The position numbers and the translations under genes are program-made. Source: Thecamonas trahens ATCC 50062 (taxonomy: Eukaryota; Protista; Apusomonadida). Taken from it: a DNA stretch of 64,000 bases. The DNA is taken from positions 453,692 through 517,691 of the forward strand of contig NW_013657661.1 in NCBI RefSeq assembly GCF_000142905.1. The letters run 5' to 3'. This document shows positions 23,581 to 35,102 of this stretch, in pieces. The notes beneath the pieces are model-generated. The model was not told the DNA's origin. It searched no databases and saw only the letters and a program-made list of their open reading frames with translations. Each line of letters opens with the position of its first letter. Position 1 is the first letter of the stretch.

Positions 23581-24969
23581 TCATTGGGTGGTCGAGCTGA
23601 ACGATGCCGAGGATGATGATGCTGATGAGAGCGACGACAACGAGAACGATCGGGCAGAGGCGGGTGGTGGGCAAGGGGAGGGCGGGAGGGCAAGGGCAAG
23701 ACTGGCGTATGAGATGGATCGCCAGGTGGCTGAGCTCGGGACTGGAACACCGTCGGTGCAAGTGCTCGAGGTCGAGTCGAGAAAGGTGGCAAAGGAGGAG
23801 GCGCAAAGATCGCCAACGGTGCCGAGATCACGGTGGAAGAGGATGGAGGCGATAGCAGGTGCGTATCGGGGGTGGACAAGGACGACAGTGCCGGCCGAGT
23901 CAGGGTGAACGGTGGCGGCGGCAAGGCCTTTGCGGGCGCGAGAGAGGTCGGCGACGAGAAAGAGTGCCGATGGAAGAAAGGGCAGCGAACGCTCGTGCCA
24001 CAGGATGGGCGCTGCTGTCGGTGCGGGAGAGGCCGGCACCGACGTTGCTACGGTCGCCCACCAGGCGGCAAATACAGTGGCGCAGCAGATGAGGGTGAGG
24101 GCGGCAACTGCCACGATGAGGATGACTAGACGAGACCGGGTCTCGCTGTTGGACGACGAGTACTCGGCAAGGACCTCGGCAGAGGGCGGCGGCGGGAGAG
24201 AGTCGACCTGCGCAGCGATGGCGTAGTCGACGGCGGCGGGAGTAAGCGGACGGATGCGAATAAAGACGGTGCTGGGCCAGCGGAGGCCGGCGAGATGGCT
24301 TGCGGTGAGCTGAAGGCGTGACGTCGAGGCGTTGAACAGTGCCGTCGACGGCGCCACATCATACGAGGCAAGCATGTCTGCGGCCAAGTCAAGAGTGGAG
24401 AGAGCAAGATCGAGCGCAATCAGATTGGACGGCAGGTTGACAACCCAGATGTGATCGCGGGATTGCTGCCGAGTCGCTGACTCGGCAGGGAGTGTGTCGT
24501 TGACCATCGAGCCGTGGGCGAGGCTCCGCAGCTGGACGCAGGCGGGTGGGGTGGCAGCCCATGCCGGGCATGATCGGTACCATCGCGGGCGGGCGCCACG
24601 GTCGGGCGGAGCGACTTCGCGGCAGAGGCCGTCGATGGAGCACATGCCACAGCCATTCTCGGCAGTACACGCGTGGCAGTCGTTCCTGAACGCCGAGCAG
24701 TGGCGCTCACAAGACGAGTAGCTCCATGATCGATGCGGGCAGCGCGGGTAGCCTGCGGCCGGGCCATCAGCGGTTCCATTGTAGCATGCACCAGACACAG
24801 CACAGTAGCCACATCCAGCGGTAGCCACACACATGCCACATCGGTTGGCAAAGGCGAAGCACTGGTCTTGGCTGTGGGTGGGGTGGACGAGGAGTGTGAG
24901 CAGGAGAAGAGAGTGGATCAGCAGAAGTGGCCGTTGTTGCCGTAGTCGTGTGGCGGCGGATGTGGGCAT
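23581..24969 (-). CDS. Signal peptide, two PSI (plexin-type) Cys repeats and a TM helix; single-pass membrane protein
   Basis: LLLIHSLLLLTLLV signal, CGMCVATAGCGYCAVSGAC and CHACTAENGCGMCSIDGLC repeats, TM LVILIVAVAALTLICCATVFAAWW. Confidence 0.78.
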   Translation of the reverse strand: MPTSAATRLRQQRPLLLIHSLLLLTLLVHPTHSQDQCFAFANRCGMCVATAGCGYCAVSGACYNGTADGPAAGYPRCPHRSWSYSSCERHCSAFRNDCHACTAENGCGMCSIDGLCREVAPPDRGARPRWYRSCPAWAATPPACVQLRSLAHGSMVNDTLPAESATRQQSRDHIWVVNLPSNLIALDLALSTLDLAADMLASYDVAPSTALFNASTSRLQLTASHLAGLRWPSTVFIRIRPLTPAAVDYAIAAQVDSLPPPPSAEVLAEYSSSNSETRSRLVILIVAVAALTLICCATVFAAWWATVATSVPASPAPTAAPILWHERSLPFLPSALFLVADLSRARKGLAAATVHPDSAGTVVLVHPRYAPAIASILFHRDLGTVGDLCASSFATFLDSTSSTCTDGVPVPSSATWRSISYASLALALPPSPCPPPASARSFSLSSLSSASSSSASFSSTTQ

Positions 24970-25522
24970 GGAGGTGGGTGGGGAGGAGGGGGTGGGGGTG
25001 GGGGTGGGAGGTGGGAGGTGGGAGGTGAGGAGATCAGTGGGTGGTGGTTGGTGGGTAGCGCGGGTGGCGGGTGGCCGGGTGGCCGGGTGGCCGGGTGGCC
25101 AGGTGGCCGGGTGGCGGGTGGCGGGTGGCGGGTGGCGGGTGGCGGGTTACGAACGAGCGAACGAGCGAACGAACGAGTGTGAGACAGCGAGCGAACGAAC
25201 AGATGAGGGAATAGCCGACGGAATCGTGCAACACCCGTCTCTGTCCATTTCGCAGACCGGGTTACCTGCGGGAGTGTCTCACACTCTCAGCAGAGGGAAC
25301 CCTCGTCATCCACACTGCCCAACGTGGAGAGAGGGACTGCCCATGGACAAGTAGCTAGGTACGCACTATGTCTCCATCACTAGCACTCTGCTGCGTGGTG
25401 TCTATCCCCCTCCCCCCCCCCCCCCCCCCCTTACTTCCGCGATGCTGGCGGCGAGGGATTATGGCATTGTGAACATTTTTTATTTGTTTGCGCTTTGTCT
25501 TGTCCATTCTTCCGCGCCCTCT

Positions 25523-25562
<40 letters not shown>

Positions 25563-26013
25563 ACCCAGCCCCTTCCTGGCCCATCAATGGCCAGGGGGGA
25601 CTCATTTGCACTCGGGTGCGATGCTATAGCAAACTCCTATCCCGTGGGTTTTGGGCGTGTGCAGTCCCTGGTTCTGCGCGTGTTTACCGACCTCCGGACA
25701 TCTCCTCTTGTCCCTCTCCTCTTGTCCCTCTCCCCCTCTCCCCCCCCCCCTCCTTTCCCTTCCCTCTCCCACTCACGTATGTGATACAGATCTTCGCTGA
25801 TCAGCCTCTTGCTCCGCTAAAGCCTTGGATGTTGTCGTCACCTGCCGCAGTACGCACATGGTCGCGTCAGGGGACTGCTGCTGTCCATCACATCCCGGCT
25901 GATGGACAGCACCACAGCCTGCACCATGTGCGTGCGCTGGGAGAGTGCTGCCGTGTATCGCACGCCACGTGATGGACTGCACCACTCGCCAGTCGGGCAA
26001 GCTCTGCCCTCAT

Positions 26014-27689
26014 TCATTCCCCCCAATCAAACGCTTCAGCTCGCATCCCCACCAGCCAATCGTGAACAACATTGCCGGCATCGATCATGTACACCTCTCG
26101 GGCGCCGGCATCGCGGAGGCGGCGCGAGTGCTGCCGGAGCAGTGGCGTAAGGACTGTCTTGGTAGCCTCGTCCATGACGACGCCAAAGGCGGAAGGCGCG
26201 TCGTCTGCCGCAAGCGCGCGTGCGGCTGCTGCGACAACGTCGGCGGCCGGGGCCAGCCATGCCCACCGCGTCGCGCACTCCCACAGCACAGCCAGGACAG
26301 CAATGCGCTCACCAGTGAGCCAGACAAACGGTGGCAGGTCTTGCCGCCGCCCGCCGGCCTGAAATGGGCCGATCGCGCGTTCTTCTGTGCGTTGGCCAGC
26401 TGGCCCACAGCTCGGATGCCGGTCACGTCGGAGTAAAGCACATTGGCGGCGCCGACGAGCGCGTTCCATGCTGCGGTAGCTGCCTCAACCTCGAGCCAGT
26501 CGGCCATGAAAGGAGCAAGCGGATTTTCCGGAGAGCAACCGCCACTGCTCGCCGCCACCACCCCGATGAGCCACGGCACGCTCTGCTCGACAACGCCCTT
26601 GGCAAACGCGCCGATCTCCATGGCGCCGTCAGCAAGCTTCAGCGGCTCACCCCGGAGCATCGCCGCGGGAGAGGCCTGGACAAGCTCCAGCGATCGACCG
26701 TCGGCAGTGGCAACGGTCGCCACTCGTCCGATGGTGCCGGGCCCGCGGCCGGCTGCGGACATGGTTGCGTCGCTGAAGCCGTGCGAGATCCTCGTCGCCA
26801 CGACCCACTCGGCCAGCCATGTGTCCAGCTCGTCCGGCAGGCCGGCACTCTGCAGCCCGTCATCACACTCAGGGCCAAGCCAGGCCGTGGCCTCATCGAC
26901 CATGCTCCGGATCCGAGCCCGGGCGAGGTCAAGCGGCACGTCACCACTGCGGATGCCGGCGGCAAAGAGCTGTGCCGGCGAGGATGTCGGGAGGAAGACG
27001 GTGAGCTCGCCGGTGTCTGCCACCGAGAGCGCACGCGCCATCAGCGCGGCCTGTACGTAGAGCTTCTTGCGGAGCATGTCACGGAGGCCGTCGGCCTTGG
27101 GCCCGGGTTCGGTCACGGCCAGCTTGGCAAAGAGGGCGTCGGTCTGAGCCGCGCCGCGGCGGCCGAGCGCCTCGGAGACGCACTTGGCGACGACGGCACG
27201 GCCACCGTCGCCACGAAGGAGAAGCTCGCTCCGCCTGGCGGCCAGGGCGGCAAAGGGTGGGCTTGTGCGGACGACCATGGCCGGGACCTGGAAGAGCGGC
27301 TCGAGCGCATGCATGTCGGCGGAGCGGGCGAGGTCGGCAAAGGCAGCCACGTCGTACACCACGTAGTCGGCGATCTGGTCCGGCAGCGCATGGTGGACGG
27401 TGGGGAGCGGGGCATCGACGCCCCAATGGCTCTCAGCTTCAAAGGCAGCAACCATGACCATGTCGGCGTCCGACTCGGGCAGGGCCACGTTGTATCCGCG
27501 CGATCCGAGGAGGCAGGCAAAGAGGACGGACCCGATCTTCGCCTCCACAGCCTCGACCATCCGTTGCCCGCTCTCCATCGCCGCATCTTCGCCTTGCCCC
27601 ACCGCCAGAAACTCGTCTGCCACAATCGGATCAGCGAGCGTGTTGGCAGGCACCCGTCCTCGCCGTCGGCCGCCTCGGCTGTCGGCCAT
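26014..27689 (-). CDS. Pol-beta superfamily nucleotidyltransferase, RlaP/YcgL-like, with a second degenerate copy; probable 1-nt deletion near 26326
   Basis: hGS-x-x-Y-x-x-x-x-x-x-SDxD signature (LLGSRGYNVALPESDADM), DYVVYD, ALEPLF and a W-L-x-x-x-R tail motif. The tail motif recurs at the shifted C-terminus (VHDWLVGMR). Confidence 0.72.
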
Positions 27690-27853
27690 GCCGATGGATG
27701 GCTGCGACTTGAGCACGAGACAAGTACAATCAGTTCCAACTCTCGATACACAGAAAGGCAGCGTGATTGGAGATGGATGCCAGGGGTGTGGCGTGTGAGC
27801 GATGGGCCCACTCGTTCGCGATCGGTAACAGTGCGCAGCATCTGTCTCGTAAC

Positions 27854-28499
27854 ATGGCCAAGAGCAGCCGCAAGCGCCAGCGCTCGGTCTCGCCCGAGTC
27901 CAACCGAAGTGAGAAGCGGGCCCGCGGGCTTGAGAGTAGCAAGGGCAAGAGCAAGGACAAGGACAAGAGCAAGAGCAAGAGCAAGCTGAAGAGCAAGGCC
28001 AAGTCAAAGTCGAAAAGAAGGATAAGAATGAGCATGGTGCCGCTGAGAAGACCGTCGAGCTGGCCAAGGATGGGAGCCAGGATGGATCCTCGGCGGCGGC
28101 TGCGGCGGGCAAGGATGCGATGGCGGGGACGTTGGCCAAGGCTGACGCTGATGTGATCGGGGGCGATGAGAAGGCCAAGAGCAAGGGCAAGAGCAAGGGG
28201 AAGAGCAAGGACAAGAGCAAGGGAAGGACAAGAGCAAGGGGAAGGTGGCGGCGCCAGTCGAGGTGGCGGCGCCAGTCGAGGTGGCGGCGCCAGTCGAGGT
28301 GAAGGAGGAGGCTGAGACGGCGGGCAAGGCGGGCAAGGCGGGCAAGGCGGGCAAGGCAAAGAAGGCAAAGAAGGCGAAGAAGGGGAAAAAGGGGAAGAAG
28401 GGGAAGAAAAAGGCAAAGTCGCCGACTCCTCCTCCGCCGCCGCCGTCATCATCGTCATCGTCATCGTCGTCATCGTCGTCATCATCGTCATCGTCATCA

Positions 28500-28532
<33 letters not shown>

Positions 28533-28931
28533 TCGTCATCGTCCTCGTCCTCGTCCTCGTCCTCGTTGTCATCAAGCTCAGACAAGGCCGTGGTCGACAA
28601 CAAGGCGCGGGCAGCAATGTCCAAGGACGAGAAGCGAAAGCTGTTGTGGGGTGGGAAGAAGAAGACGGCAGAGAAGACGGCAGCAGCGTGGGCGTCGTCA
28701 TCGGCGCTGTCAGGCGATCGCAAGGCGCGTTTCCTCTCGCTGCTCGGTGCCGGCAAGTCTGCAGCACAGGCAAAGGCCGACAAGGCTGCGCAGCGCAAAG
28801 CGGCTGGCAAGGTGCTTAACTCTGGTGAGCAGGATCGCCTGTTCAACAACCTCCAATCAACCTTTGAGGACGGGCTCAACCGTCGTCTCAACCCCAAGCT
28901 CCGCGGTAAGGGCCTTGGTCATCGTGGCTGA
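27854..28931 (+). CDS. Lys-rich nucleolar protein with C-terminal SMAP domain (KNOP1/SMAP-like); apparent 1-nt deletions at 28013-16 and 28221-23
   Basis: KSK repeats and poly-Ser, then W..S.....DRKARFLSLLGAGK...QDRLFNNLQSTFEDGL...GKGLG typical of SMAP. Confidence 0.72.
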
Positions 28932-29333
28932 GACACGATGCCGGCTTAAAGACCATCATCGCACCAATAGATGCGCGGCCTCGCCAATCACATGCCCACC
29001 GCAGCCACACAGATTCACACCCTTCACACCATCAACCATACACCTATCCCCATCCTCCCCAAACACGCCTATCAACTCCGATCGGCCGCCTTCCACCCCG
29101 CCCATACCCCCATCCACCTCCATGCACCCCTCCCGTCCGCCTGCATCCGCCCCAATCATCCATTCTGCCGGACTGATGGCGTGCCCACGTTCGGCGAGCA
29201 GAACACCGATGGCGACGAGTCGCTCACCGTCAGCCACTCGGTCCCTCTCACCCGCCCACCCCCACTCCACCCAGCCACCCTCCCCCCACCCCCTCCCCCC
29301 CCCCTTCTTCTCCTTACCCAACCTGGTCTGACC

Positions 29334-29572
29334 ATGGCATGCGGCGAGGAAGAGATGACGGATGTGTGTGGGACACTCCATGGCTTTCTATCTCGCCACG
29401 AGCTCCTCCTTGGCATCACCGCCATGTGGAACGGTCGCATGGCCGAGGCCGAAACCGTCTTTGCTTCAGCTGCCGATACCGATCCCCGAGCTGCCTATCA
29501 CTGGGCAGAGGTATGTGGGCTGTGAGAGAGGAAGGCTCGGGAGGAGAGAGAGAGGGAGAGGGGGGGGGGGGG

Positions 29573-29606
<34 letters not shown>

Positions 29607-31300
29607 CATGGATCTGTGTTTGTGTGTGGGGTTCTCGCCATCATCGCCATCATCACCATCGCCACCCCCAGTGCTCCGCCCTCACAGCTTTCCTCACAGA
29701 GGATCCGGACGACCTCGCAGCAGCATTTGCTCGCCTCGACGCCGCTGCTGCCACTGCCTCCGCCACTGCCGCGGCAACCTCACCGCCGTCCAAGATCAAA
29801 CGGATGCTCGGCCTGGGCTCTTCGCCGCCGCCGCCGCTGCAAACATCGTCTGCTGCTGCGGCGAGCCCGGACCAGCTCGCTGCCGCTGCTCTTGTTGCCC
29901 GAGTCATCTACGCTGAAGTCGGACTCATCTACGGCTTCCTCCACCTCCGCGCCGGCTCGTATGTCAAGGGCTCGTACCGCCTGCGCAAGGCCTGGAAGGC
30001 GTTCTCGGCCCTTGTCCGCGAGCTGGCCCCTTGTGCTGCCTCGCTTGACCCTTACATCACCTCGTCCATCGCCCTCGGCTCCGGCATGTTTCTCTTCTTC
30101 ATCTCGCTCACTCCGCCCAAGTTTCTCTGGCTCGTCTCGTTTGTCGGATTCGAAGCCGACCGTGAGCGCGGGCTCGACTCGCTCCGGTCGGCCATGCTCG
30201 ACCCACGCGGGCAGCGCGCACCCATGGCGCTCTTGTTTCTCATCTGGGTCGAGATGTTTTTCTGCGAGCGCCTTGACGACGCCGAGGCCCTCGTCACCGC
30301 CGCTCTTGACGTCTATCCACATGGCATGCTCTTCGCCTACCTCCGCGGATACATGTTTCGCAAGCGCGGCGCTCTCGACGCTGCCGCCGCTGACTTTGAT
30401 GCTGTCATTGCCGCCTCCCGTCGAGAGCTCCCGCAGCTTGCCCTCGCCGCCATGTACGAGCGCGGCTCAGTCCTCTACATGGCCGAGCGCTGGGCTGACG
30501 CTGCAGCCGTCCTCTCTGACTTTGTTGACGCCAACCGCGCACCCTCGTTTCAGGCCTACGCCACCCTCGAGCTCGCTTACGCCCGCCACTTTGCCGGCGA
30601 GAGCCCCCACGACATTGCCCCGCTCCTCGACGACATGCCGTCACGCGTCCGCAAGCACTATACCTTCGACCAGTTTGCCGCCCGCAAGGCTGCAGAGTAC
30701 GCCGCCAACAACGGCATCTCCCCCACAGAATCCTGCCTCATCCAGGCCTTTAACCGCAACGACGCCTCCAATCCCACCGGCGCCCTCGAGCTCCTCGCCA
30801 CACTTGCATCGCCGGACGCTAGTACGCCCGTCGCCGCCGGCCTCGACGAGCATGCTCTCGCCCTCCTCGACCTCTGCGACGATGACGACGTCGGCGGCAC
30901 CGTCACCACGCTTCCTCCCAACTCGCCACCGCCGCTCTGTGGCATGTTCCACTACGCCGCCGGCAAGGCCCACGCGGCGCTTGGCGCGCGACGGCTCGCG
31001 CTGGTTCACCTGCTTGCTGTTGACGCCCTCGAGCACGAGCTCGGCCACGAGTTTTTCCTCCTCCCGCACGCCCTCACCGAGGTTGGCGACATCCTCATGG
31101 CGCTCAACGCCGTCGACGACGCGCGCCGCGTCCTCGCCCGTGCAAAATCGTTCTCTGAGTACGACTTTGACAAGCCGCTCATCCGCCGCATCACCCGCAT
31201 GCTCGACATCCTCTCCGGTACTTCGACTCCGAGCTCGCGTACTCCGCTCCCCGACACCGCTGCCTGGACGAGCTATCTCGACTCGCTCAGCGCCGCCTGA
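29334..31300 (+). CDS. TTC39: TTC39/Iml2-family TPR protein; intron 29511-29671
   Basis: GSYVKGSYRLRKAWK, LGSGMF..FISLTPPKFLWLVSFVGFEADRERGL and ARAKSFSEYDFD. Phase-0 GTATGT...CCCAG intron. Confidence 0.85.
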
Positions 31301-34171
31301 TCCTTCCGCCATACCTTTTTCCGTGGCGTGATTCAGCGCGGCGCTCGCCGCCGCAGCGGCTGCTTCCGCCACCACAGTGCTCGCTCGAAGCTCGGCAACC
31401 ACCGTCGCCGCTGTCGCCAGCTGCAGGTCGGCCACAAGGCACTTCACAAGCGTGCTTAGCCGCTCTGCCTGGGCCTCCGCACTCGGTGCCGCTGTCTCCA
31501 GCCACTCGCCCACGCTCTCGATGATTGTCGCAGTCGACGCGGCTGTAAAGTCGCCAGCTGCAGGACGCGGCAGCCGTGGCGCTACCTCGCCCGCGGCATG
31601 ACACGCTCCACCTACCCTCCCGTCCTCGGCGCTGACAAGCAGGTGCCGTCGCCGCGCCGCACGCCCACCTTCTGCTTGCGATGGATGAAAGATTTGTGAG
31701 AGCGACGGTGCTCCTCCGCGCTGCCGCTTGCGGCCGCCGTCGCACCTGCCGCTCTTGCGCGGCGACGTCCGCTTCAGGTCGGCCTCCACTTCGCGCCGCA
31801 GCTGGCTGGGGAGTGCGGCCAGGAACTCCGGATCCACTCCGTCGTCGCGCCCACTCCCCTCGTCGCTACTACCTCTGGTCTGCGGCGGCGGCGAGACAAA
31901 GTCGTCATCGTCGGACCCGCTCGCGCCGTCCAGTACAATGACCATCGGTGCTGGCTTTGTCTTGGCCGCCGACGCAGGCCGGGACGGCAGTGTCGGGCGT
32001 GCCATCTGCGTCAGTGTCCCGCGCCCAGCATCGCGCTTCCGCTCCGCCAGCCGTCGCCGGTACACAATCTCGAGCTCCCGCCGAGTCTCGGCCGGCAGCT
32101 CGGCGATCACGCTCGGGTCCAGCTGTGAAAAGGTCGGCAACTCGACAGTTCCCTCGGCGCCCCGTCCGCCCACACCCGTCACCGCTGGCGGGTGCCACTC
32201 GGCTGAGAGCGTGGTCTGCGAGTCAATCGCCGCCGGTTGGAGCGCTGGACGTCGCTCACTTTCCACCTCGGACAGTCGTGTCAATGCAATGCCAACGCCG
32301 CGGACGGTGGTCGCCTCGAACCCAAGACCGCGGTAGAGCGTGAGTGCGGCGTCGGCCAGGGCGACGGCATCGCTAGACGGCGGCGCCAGCGTCGTCGACC
32401 GCGAGAACGAGTTGACCTTCCCGTGGCCAAGAAACTTGGATGCCTCTGCTGGCGCGTCCGGATGCCGCTGTTTGATCTTGAGCGTCAGCGTGGCGCCGAC
32501 CATGGCCGCCTCGACCGCCCGCCGCCCCACCTCTCCCGCCAGTTCGCGCACAAACTGCTCGGCACCCGTGGCGTCTGTAAACCGGACACCCCACGAGATC
32601 TCTGTCCCGATCGACTTGCGTGGGCCTGGAAGCGTTACCGTCCCGCTGTCGAGCCCACGGACTGTGTCGTATAGCTTGGCGCCGACCGAGCCGCCGAGAA
32701 GCGCCTGCAGGCGCGCTCGCGGCTGCGCCCGGCACTCGGCGCAGCTCGTGATCCCGGCCTTGGCCAACTTACGTACGGTCTTGTACCCGACGCCAGGCAG
32801 CTTGCGGAGCGGCAGCGCGTCAATCTCAAACGTCGCGTGCTCGTGCGAGAGAAACCGAAAGCCGTCCGGCTTGGCCAGCGACGTCGCAATCCGAGCCAGG
32901 AGCATGTTCGGCCCAGCTCCGATCGACGCGGTACAACCCGAGAGCTCGTGGATCTGAGCCCGCATCTCGCTCGCCAGTTCCGCCGGCTGGCCTAGCCCAG
33001 TCATGTCTAGGTACGCCTCGTCGACCGAGACAGCCTGCACCTTGTCCGAGAACGCCACAAAGACCCGGTACAGCGCCTTGGAGACGGCGGCGTACTTGTC
33101 AAACTCGTAAGGCACAACAACCAGATCCGGCACCTTGCGCCGCGCCGCGCCCATGAACATACCGTTAGAGATGCCGCGTGCGCGCGCCGCGTACGAAGCA
33201 CACGCAATGTCCGACTTGGACTCGACGCTACCGTTGAGCGCGTGCGCCACCACCACCGGCGCGTTGGCCAGATGCGGCCGATCCCGCAGCGCCACCGAAG
33301 CAAAGAAGCAGTCCATGTCGACGTGGAAGATGACTTGCCTCGCACCGGCTTCCCGCGCCAGCGGCTGCGACGTCGAGTACCGCTCCGCCAGCGCCTTGCG
33401 GAGAAACTCCTGCGACGCCATCCGTGACGTCGAGATAAAGTGCAGCCTCGAGTTGGAGTAGAACTTTTGCACAAAGTCGCCCCCTCCCAACGTAGTCAGC
33501 CGGGCGAGGCCCGGATCAATCGGCTCGTCCTTGCTCCGGCGCATGCCGAGTCCATCCAGATCAGGATGAGCTTGTTCGACATCCGCGGCGCCAGCCGCTC
33601 CCGCCGCGCGACGAGTAAGCGCGTCGCCGGCCGTTGTCCGCCGATCGAGCTCGGGCGCAATTGCCAGCGACTCGCCAGCCGCGGTGGCCAGGCCCAGCGA
33701 CTCTGCTAGCGACTGCTGCCCCGCCATCGACTTGTAGGCATTAGCAAAGAGCAGATACCGCTCGACGGCAAGTTGCTTGCCAGCAGCAATCGAGTCGACA
33801 ATCCACTGCGGATGAACAATGACGTCCGATGCCGGACCAAACTTGATCTTGGCATCCGGCAGAGTGGTGGCGATGATGTGGGTGACCGAAGACCGATGAA
33901 GCTGGAACTCGTACCGTCCGCCGTGCTGCAGCATGTATCTCCGCAGCGTCATGGCTGATGGTGTTGTGTAGCCATTGACATAGATGGTGACGCCGTCAAA
34001 GATGGACGAGACCTGCGCCACCCCGCCACCATTCGCCGCCCTCTCCGCATCGTATTGAGCCGCCAGCTTCCTCCGCTTTCTCTCCATGTATCCAGCTATA
34101 GACTCGAGGTCATCAATGGCCGCCTCTCCTACCCGAGGTCGCCCTCCCTTTCGCTGTCGTCCTCCCCGCAT
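31287..34171 (-). CDS. REV1: Y-family deoxycytidyl transferase REV1; apparent 1-nt deletion at 31316-31320
   Basis: N-terminal BRCT (IFDGVTIYVNGYT...WIVDSI), SRLHFIS N-digit, FHVDMDCFF, VSVDEAY, RKSIGTEISWGVRF and two UBMs. Adding one A gives a REV1-like end, KRYGGRIRRR*. Confidence 0.93.
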
Positions 34172-34384
34172 ACCCGCCGTCTCCTGCCAGTCTCGTCCGG
34201 CACGACACCGCTCCAGGAAAAAGGTCGTAGAGTGGTGGCGAACGATCTGATCGCGTGTGCGATCGTGATCGCGCCTCGCACCCACCACCACGCCCACGTC
34301 CGCCTAGCCACACTCCTCCCACTCCCGCCTCCACCTCTACTACGCCCCACACTCCGCAACCGTCTCACACATACCTACAGAACA

Positions 34385-34971
34385 ATGGCCAGCAGGGCAG
34401 GCGTTGCCGTGCGTGCCATCATGGACGTCTCGCGGCTGACGCGGGGACGGATCGGCAAGGTGATCAAGACCGCCGCCGAGACCAATGTACGGACAGAGGA
34501 AGGCGGCCGGGGGGATTGATGAAATGAGGGGAGGTAGGGAGGGCCCGGGGGGAGGGGGGGGGGAGAGGGGGGGGCAGGAGGGAGGGGCCGAGGGTGCCGC
34601 ACAAGCCAGCTGGAAGCGGGCGACGCGACTAACAGCGAGAGTGGCGGCGGGTGGATCACGGACGGACGAACGGGCGGGCGGACGGGCGGGTTGGCGTGCT
34701 GGTTGTTGTTGGATGTGGACGGGCGGACCTTGGGCTGGGCACCGACGTGGTGATGGGAGATGTAGATGAACAAGACCACTGTGGTTGAGGTTGCTCGGCA
34801 GAAGACCCATCCCAAGTACGGCAAGTCACGTCGGGTGACCAAAAAGTCCTCTGTCATGACGAGTCCAACGTGTCCAAGGTTGACGATCTTGTGCGCATCG
34901 AGCTCGGGCGCCCGCGCTCAAAGCGCAAGTCGTGGTATGTTGCCGAGGTTGTCAAGCGCCGCGTTGATTGA
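34385..34971 (+). CDS. MRPS17: Mitochondrial ribosomal protein uS17; intron 34487-34765, apparent 1-nt deletion near 34841-46
   Basis: RIGKVI...MNKTTVVEV...HPKYGK...KK-x-LCHDESN....DLVRIE..RPRSKRKSWYV.EVV. Confidence 0.85.
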
Positions 34972-35102
34972 GGTCGCGATTGATCTCTCTGGCGAGTGGC
35001 TGCAGCCCTTCCCGTCAACTTGTTGCGCGCACTGACGCGCTCAGCCTAGCAGGCCAAGCCCGCATAAACGCACTTCGAACACGAATCGCGCGTGTATTTA
35101 TG

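Noticed and set aside
25318-25330. CCAACGTGGA resembling the 5' end of vertebrate U17 snoRNA as I recall it
   Set aside because: Only about 10 nt match, and clear m1/m2 motifs at the proper spacing were not found.
25200-26010. Telomerase RNA, spliceosomal snRNA, RNase P/MRP or SECIS identity for the structured interval
   Set aside because: No CTAACCCT template, snRNA signature, GAAAGTCCCC motif or ATGA..AA..GA core could be found by eye.
26331-27989. Long alternative-frame and antisense ORFs (e.g. 26331-27989, 29616-31331, 20427-21971, 56496-57929)
   Set aside because: They are expected in high-GC coding DNA, overlap better-supported genes and lack recognisable domains.
28445-28575. TCR trinucleotide tract readable as poly-Asp on the minus strand
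   Set aside because: It is better explained as the poly-Ser linker of the plus-strand SMAP-domain gene.
30641-31286. REV1 C-terminal extension overlapping TTC39 antisense by about 650 nt
   Set aside because: It is the antisense shadow of TTC39. A one-base correction gives the expected REV1 ending at 31287.
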